From: an uncultured virus (IMG/VR IMGVR_UViG_3300021400_003815)
Lineage: Duplodnaviria > Heunggongvirae > Uroviricota > Caudoviricetes
Direction: 5' to 3' (one strand)
DNA: 43,290 nt
IMG/VR virus record: IMGVR_UViG_3300021400_003815
In this document: positions 38,319 through 43,290 of the stretch, piece by piece
Layout of the letters: every line of letters starts with the position of its first letter
Numbering within the stretch: position 1 is the stretch's first letter
Notes under the pieces: generated by a model
Told to the model about the DNA's origin: nothing
What the model saw: only the letters and a program-made list of their open reading frames with translations
Database searches by the model: none
Made by a program: the position numbers and the translations under genes

Positions 38319-39533
38319 CTATTTCTTAGCTTTAACAACCTTTAGAGTGTCCACCTTATTATCATCCATCTTTAATACAGATATCATTAAATTATTATAT
38401 CTTATTTTATCTCCAACCTTAGGTATCTTATCCAATAGCTGCATGACCCAACCACCTATAGTAGTCACACTAACTTCTTCTTCATTCTCTATATTTAAAC
38501 TATCAAATACCTCTTCAATATTAGCTGAACCTCTTATTCTGTACTCATAGTCATTAATCTTTTCTATATCACCTATAACTTCCTCATGCTCATCCCATAT
38601 ATCTCCAACAATCTCTTCAACTATATCTTCAAGTGTAACCATACCTATTACAGCCCCAAACTCATCAACTATAATAGCTATATGTCTCTTATTGTCCTGT
38701 AACTCTCTAAGCATATTACTTATTAACTTATGCTCAGGAACAAATATAACAGGCCTTATTATTTCTTCTATATTTTTATTCTTATTAAAATCTTTTAAAT
38801 TAACTACACCCTTTATATTGTCTAAATCACCATCATAAATGGGTAATCTACTATAACCTGTATTAATAAATGTATCTCTTATTACATCCACAGAACTATT
38901 TTTATCTACTCCTACTATATCCAATCTAGGAGTCATTATATCTCTAACCTCAATGTCATTAAACTCAATAACATTGTGTAGCATTACTCTCTCATCTTTA
39001 TCTATTTCTCCATCCTGAGCTGCACTATCTATAACAGCTATAACTTCTTCTTCAGTTGTATTATCATCATCGCTAGGCTTAATTAATTTAGATAATACAA
39101 ATTTCCAAAGTCCAAATATAAAATTAAGAGGCATCATTACTTTTATAATAATACTCAATAATGGTGCTGTAATTAAACAAAAGTCCTCACTTTTCTCTTT
39201 TGCTATACTTTTAGGAGATATCTCACCAAATATTAGTAACAATATTGTAATTATACAGGTACTCAACATTGCACCCAAATCTTCACCAAAATTATTTACA
39301 AAGTATATTGTAGCTGCTGATGATGCAAGTATATTAACTATATTGTTACCAATTAATATACTGGACAACATATCATCATAATTATCAAGTAACTTCAAAA
39401 CCAATACTGCTCGTTTATTTCCATTATCCGCTTTACTCTTTATTTTTATCTTATTAACTGAATTAAAAGCTGTTTCTGTAGCAGAAAAATATGCACTTAT
39501 TATAATACATAATGTTATAATAACTAAATACAT
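38319..39533 (-). CDS. HlyC/CorC (CNNM/DUF21 + CBS + CorC) hemolysin-family transporter protein
   Basis: SAYFSATETA, ILIGNNIVNI, FGEISPKS, IMTPR, GYSRLP, VDEFG, TLEDIVEEIVGDIWDE; probable ATG at 39533 behind GAGGAA. Confidence 0.93.
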   Translation of the reverse strand: MYLVIITLCIIISAYFSATETAFNSVNKIKIKSKADNGNKRAVLVLKLLDNYDDMLSSILIGNNIVNILASSAATIYFVNNFGEDLGAMLSTCIITILLLIFGEISPKSIAKEKSEDFCLITAPLLSIIIKVMMPLNFIFGLWKFVLSKLIKPSDDDNTTEEEVIAVIDSAAQDGEIDKDERVMLHNVIEFNDIEVRDIMTPRLDIVGVDKNSSVDVIRDTFINTGYSRLPIYDGDLDNIKGVVNLKDFNKNKNIEEIIRPVIFVPEHKLISNMLRELQDNKRHIAIIVDEFGAVIGMVTLEDIVEEIVGDIWDEHEEVIGDIEKINDYEYRIRGSANIEEVFDSLNIENEEEVSVTTIGGWVMQLLDKIPKVGDKIRYNNLMISVLKMDDNKVDTLKVVKAKK

Positions 39534-39534
39534 T

Positions 39535-39735
39535 TTATTTATGTTCCTCACTTAAACTAGACAGAATATAATTATACTTTATAATACTATCATCCAATTC
39601 ATTATAGTATTCTTTTATTATAATATCACCTTTAGATGCATGAAATAATTTTCTAGCCCTATTTCTCTCTTTCTCTAAAGACTCTATAATATTACTTACT
39701 GATTCCTTTAATATCTCTTTATTACTCATAATCAA
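39535..39735 (-). CDS. Small hypothetical protein
   Basis: 66-aa ORF with AAGGGA RBS, ending next to the CorC start. Confidence 0.55.
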   Translation of the reverse strand: MIMSNKEILKESVSNIIESLEKERNRARKLFHASKGDIIIKEYYNELDDSIIKYNYILSSLSEEHK

Positions 39736-39782
39736 AACCTATTCCCTTAAATCTTTACTCTTTTACCCTTACTCTTTATACT

Positions 39783-39823
39783 AAAATACACACTGTAAAT
39801 ACTATTCAATATCTACAGTGTGT
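39783..39823 (-). terminator. Rho-independent terminator
   Basis: ACACACTGTA...TACAGTGTGT with a U-tract. Confidence 0.72.
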
Positions 39824-39844
39824 TAATAAGTTCAATATTGTATT

Positions 39845-41068
39845 TTAATCTTCATCTATGCCTAACCACTTATTCGTCATATTAATACAAATATCTAACT
39901 TGTCCTTATCATACCTCACTTCATTATCATCAAACACTTCCTTAATATATTCAGGAAGTGTCAGACTCTTCTTAACAGCTGCCCCACCTTCATTTACATA
40001 TGACTCAATCATATCTTCTTTATCAAACTGAAGAGGAAGATGAAAATGACCTCTACGACCTGTAAATTTCTCACTGTATCCAATCTCATTTAACTTAATA
40101 TTATAGGTTTTTGTCTCAAGACCCTCTAATTCATCCTCTGTACCATTCTCAATATAGTAACCAATTTTTGTAAAGAATGTGTTCTTTAAATAAGACCTGA
40201 AACTTAATACTACATTATTACCATCTTTCTTATATCCCAAGAAAATAGCTGGTCTGGAAATTGTATACTGTCCATCATTCATCTGTCCGAACTCATTAAC
40301 TGACTTAGTTTCCTTAAACATATGCAACATTACAACTGTACCAGGCGTAATGTCATTTTTAATAATATTATACTTATCTATCTCAGATAACTTCATGCTA
40401 TCAAGAAGTAATCTATACTTAGCCAGCTTCTTAATCTTATCATAGGATGTATCTAATTCCTCATACATTAGACCCTTATTAATAAAATCACAAGCCATTT
40501 TAGCTAGATACTTAAAACAATGCTGCCCTATAATAACATCAGTAAAATTAACCTCAATCTTCTTTATCTTACCATTGTAAGTATCTATAAAACTCTCTAA
40601 GGCTTTTCTAATTGCTTCAACAGCCTCATTACCCTCAATCTGAGTTATATCTTTTCCTACATCAAATCTTACAACTCCAACACCATTATCATCTCTATAG
40701 ACTAACCTATCTAAAAATCTGCTAGTTAAATTCTTAATCTGCTTTGTCTTAGCTGACTCAACAGAATCATCAACCTCTACAATATTCTCAACTTTTCCAT
40801 CAATATCATTATTACTAAAAATAATAAGAGCATCAATATTCTTCTTGAGCTTATCATTATTATAAACTCTCATACAAACTCTTTTGTCTGTAATAAACAT
40901 CTTAAAGTAATCATTTTTCCAAGGCTGATTCAACTTCACATCCTTAAAGTCAAATATTACCTTATCATCATTATTATCTATAACATTCTTGAGCATACCT
41001 CTCCAAAGCTGACTGTTTGCTCCTATTGTAGATATTCCATACTCATTACTAACATTGACTACTCTCAT
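39845..41068 (-). CDS. Hypothetical protein (possible STAS-like N-terminal segment)
   Basis: 407-aa ORF, AGGAG RBS; VIFDFKDV and IEVNFTDV strands are STAS-like (weak). Confidence 0.65.
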   Translation of the reverse strand: MRVVNVSNEYGISTIGANSQLWRGMLKNVIDNNDDKVIFDFKDVKLNQPWKNDYFKMFITDKRVCMRVYNNDKLKKNIDALIIFSNNDIDGKVENIVEVDDSVESAKTKQIKNLTSRFLDRLVYRDDNGVGVVRFDVGKDITQIEGNEAVEAIRKALESFIDTYNGKIKKIEVNFTDVIIGQHCFKYLAKMACDFINKGLMYEELDTSYDKIKKLAKYRLLLDSMKLSEIDKYNIIKNDITPGTVVMLHMFKETKSVNEFGQMNDGQYTISRPAIFLGYKKDGNNVVLSFRSYLKNTFFTKIGYYIENGTEDELEGLETKTYNIKLNEIGYSEKFTGRRGHFHLPLQFDKEDMIESYVNEGGAAVKKSLTLPEYIKEVFDDNEVRYDKDKLDICINMTNKWLGIDED

Positions 41069-41733
41069 TTCGATATGCTCCTTAAATAATTCTTTACTTT
41101 AATCTCATCTTCATCAGATGTATTACTTATACTTAAATACTTAATATATCCTAAAATCTTTTTCTCATCATCATTTAATAGAGAATTTACACTTTTTCTA
41201 GAATATACATCTAACTTATCAAGTACCTTCTTAATATCTTCATAAGGCACTTTATTTATATTAGGCTGTATCATATCTAAATCAATTGCATATACTTCAT
41301 TTAAACTAAAATCCATATATTTTATCCTGATATTTGCAACCTTTTCAATGTACTCACTTAAATCTGGAAGTCTCTTATCCAAAATCTTTATTATTATATC
41401 ACTTCCCAAATCATTTGTCAACTTCTTTTTACAATAACTTACTTTATTACGACAGGTCATATCATTAACTACCTGTCCAGTCTTATTAAATATAACCTCA
41501 CTTAAATTTCCCAGAATAACACCAGGAGATGTAAGATAATACTTACATTCCATATTAGTATACTTTGTATATAAACATAACTCAATTACATCTCTTAAAA
41601 GCATACTTCTATCAGATGGGAGAACATCACCATTTCTTCCCTTATCTAACATACATTTATTCTCAAGGTCATAATAATTATTTATAGCACCCTTAATATT
41701 ATAAATAATATTACTCTTGTATACTCTTTCCAT
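41065..41733 (-). CDS. Hypothetical protein, possible helix-turn-helix
   Basis: 222 aa; LSEVIF...MTCRNKVSYCKKKL is weakly HTH-like; GAGG RBS. Confidence 0.6.
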   Translation of the reverse strand: MERVYKSNIIYNIKGAINNYYDLENKCMLDKGRNGDVLPSDRSMLLRDVIELCLYTKYTNMECKYYLTSPGVILGNLSEVIFNKTGQVVNDMTCRNKVSYCKKKLTNDLGSDIIIKILDKRLPDLSEYIEKVANIRIKYMDFSLNEVYAIDLDMIQPNINKVPYEDIKKVLDKLDVYSRKSVNSLLNDDEKKILGYIKYLSISNTSDEDEIKVKNYLRSISK

Positions 41734-41764
41734 TAATATATCCTCAACAAATTTTTATATTAAC

Positions 41765-41793
41765 ACTATACCATAAAATTAACCAAAAGTCAA
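41765..41793 (-). promoter_or_regulatory. Sigma-A promoter
   Basis: TTGACT-N17-TATAGT with extended TG. Confidence 0.7.
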
Positions 41794-41825
41794 GACAATA
41801 TTTTTAGTTAATTTTATTTCTTTTA

Positions 41826-42482
41826 TCACTTCTTTAAATCAATGTAAGTACTTAATTCTCTAACTTTATTAATAGTTCTATTAATCTTTTTCAATTCCTT
41901 TTCAATTTCTTCTACTGTACTATTATCTACTTCACTAGACTCTCTTAATTTACTTAATTCATCTTTCAAATCAGTATAATTATTACAAATATCCCCAACT
42001 CTATTATTAATATTACCTATTAAACACACAGCTTTAGATCTATTACTATCCATTTTATCTAAATATTCTTTACTGTATATTAATTTATTCAACTTGAAAT
42101 AACAATTTTCTTCACTGTACTCTTTCTTATTATCTTTTCTAACTAAATTTAACCAAGGCTTATATCCATTACTATATGCCCAATCACTAAATCTATCAAA
42201 ACTCTCCTTCCAATCAGAGCACATATCATTATATAATCTTTTCCATGTACGCTTCAACTTAAAATCTACATTACTATCTAATTTTATATGAGACTCTTTA
42301 TAATTCTCACATTCACACTTCACTTTATTATTAATGTTATCTTTTATATCTAAACGTACATCAATAATTCTACCACAATTCTTACACTCCAAAACATAAA
42401 ATACCTGATTATAAGCGAAATCACTACGCTTACTACTTATTATATTAAACTTACACTCATTATTTGATGTACTCTCACTCAT
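41826..42482 (-). CDS. Degenerate phage-type HNH endonuclease-like protein with C-terminal coiled coil
   Basis: CKNCG...CEC, CSDWKESFDRFSDWAYSNGY, LVRKDNKKEYSEENC (family pattern IDRIDNxxxYxPxNC). Confidence 0.65.
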   Translation of the reverse strand: MSESTSNNECKFNIISSKRSDFAYNQVFYVLECKNCGRIIDVRLDIKDNINNKVKCECENYKESHIKLDSNVDFKLKRTWKRLYNDMCSDWKESFDRFSDWAYSNGYKPWLNLVRKDNKKEYSEENCYFKLNKLIYSKEYLDKMDSNRSKAVCLIGNINNRVGDICNNYTDLKDELSKLRESSEVDNSTVEEIEKELKKINRTINKVRELSTYIDLKK

Positions 42483-42497
42483 ATCAATAGCCTCAAC

Positions 42498-42785
42498 TTA
42501 AATTTTACTTAAAATTTTATTTTTCTTATTAACTATCTTAAAGCCACAATCTTTACTTGCCTGCACCAAATCATCATTTAAAACATTAAAACAAACCTTA
42601 TTGTCACAACCAATTAACTCAACTCTACTATATTTTTTATCAGGTACTTCATCTATCTTTAAACTCTCATATCTCTTTATAACTGCACCATCTATCCTAT
42701 TCACAATACCCTCTAAAATATTAATGTCTACTAACCTATACTTACTGTATATATTTTCTTTTATATTATCATTATCAGCTTCCAT
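42498..42785 (-). CDS. Hypothetical protein
   Basis: 95-aa ORF with AAGGAG RBS. Confidence 0.65.
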   Translation of the reverse strand: MEADNDNIKENIYSKYRLVDINILEGIVNRIDGAVIKRYESLKIDEVPDKKYSRVELIGCDNKVCFNVLNDDLVQASKDCGFKIVNKKNKILSKI

Positions 42786-43290
42786 ATAAAAGTGTCTCCT
42801 TATAAAATAAATATATATTTATTAACTAGACCTTTATTAGAGACTATTTTAAATTTATAACTTTTTACATACAGAATACTTATAAACTACCACACAATCT
42901 ATAATGATACTCATTCTTATATCAGATTATATTATACTCAAAAACTCCATTTATTTTACTAAAAATAACACTCTTATAATAGTATATTAACTAAAAATCC
43001 AATACTCACCAACTTTAAATATTAATTTTTAATTCAACAAAATAGATACTAAAAATTTAACAAAAAGTCAATAATAAAATCTAACCTTAATATTAACTAA
43101 CAGAATACCTAATTTCTATATCATTTAACAACCTAAATACTAAATGTACCTATCACACCCAAAATACCTATTATATCTATACTGATTATAAATATAATAA
43201 CTAGATTACATATATTAACTTCAATTAACCTAAATATTTATAATCAAATCATACCTAAATATTAATTATATCTTTTAAACTCTAATGTAT

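Noticed and set aside
38319..39533. True hemolysin/virulence toxin
   Set aside because: Motifs are those of the CNNM/CorC transporter family; the hemolysin label is a historical annotation
1403..42789. Plus-strand ORFs in the track (e.g. 3848-4420, 8023-8571, 12503-12772)
   Set aside because: Antisense shadows of long minus-strand genes, Leu/Ser/Phe-rich and without recognisable motifs
1..43290. Prophage, IS elements, tRNA/rRNA genes or a recoded genetic code
   Set aside because: No virion, integrase or transposase motifs and no RNA gene structures seen; genes tile densely under the standard code

Overview
43.3 kb of AT-rich DNA (roughly 30% GC by eye). All ~37 credible genes lie on the minus strand, and there are no rRNA, tRNA, ribosomal or core metabolic genes. 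The content fits the backbone of a large extrachromosomal element (megaplasmid-like) of a low-GC Bacillota host; the host assignment is inference. In transcription order (right to left): hypotheticals including a degenerate HNH protein; a CorC/HlyC CBS protein; a PcrA/UvrD helicase; a 1206-aa multi-domain peptidoglycan hydrolase; an acidic lipoprotein; a PC4-like ssDNA-binding protein; a RecJ-like DHH nuclease; a divergent Tad pilus locus (CpaB, CpaE/TadZ, TadA, TadB, TadC, and three pilin-like genes sharing a non-canonical G-V-K-x-I-F N-terminus); an actin-like ParM followed by an 834-aa coiled-coil/MinD-like protein and a ParR-like protein; a stand-alone 5'-3' exonuclease; a 550-bp non-coding region with ~22-bp iteron-like repeats and ~10 co-oriented DnaA boxes (candidate origin); a minimal family-A DNA polymerase; three DUF285/BspA-type repeat paralogues; and a GIY-YIG/adenine-methyltransferase fusion. 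The most novel-looking parts are the candidate origin with an unrecognised neighbouring protein and a split Pol I, the ParM/MinD-coiled-coil/ParR module, and the non-canonical Tad pilins. All calls come from reading motifs by eye; no database searches were run.
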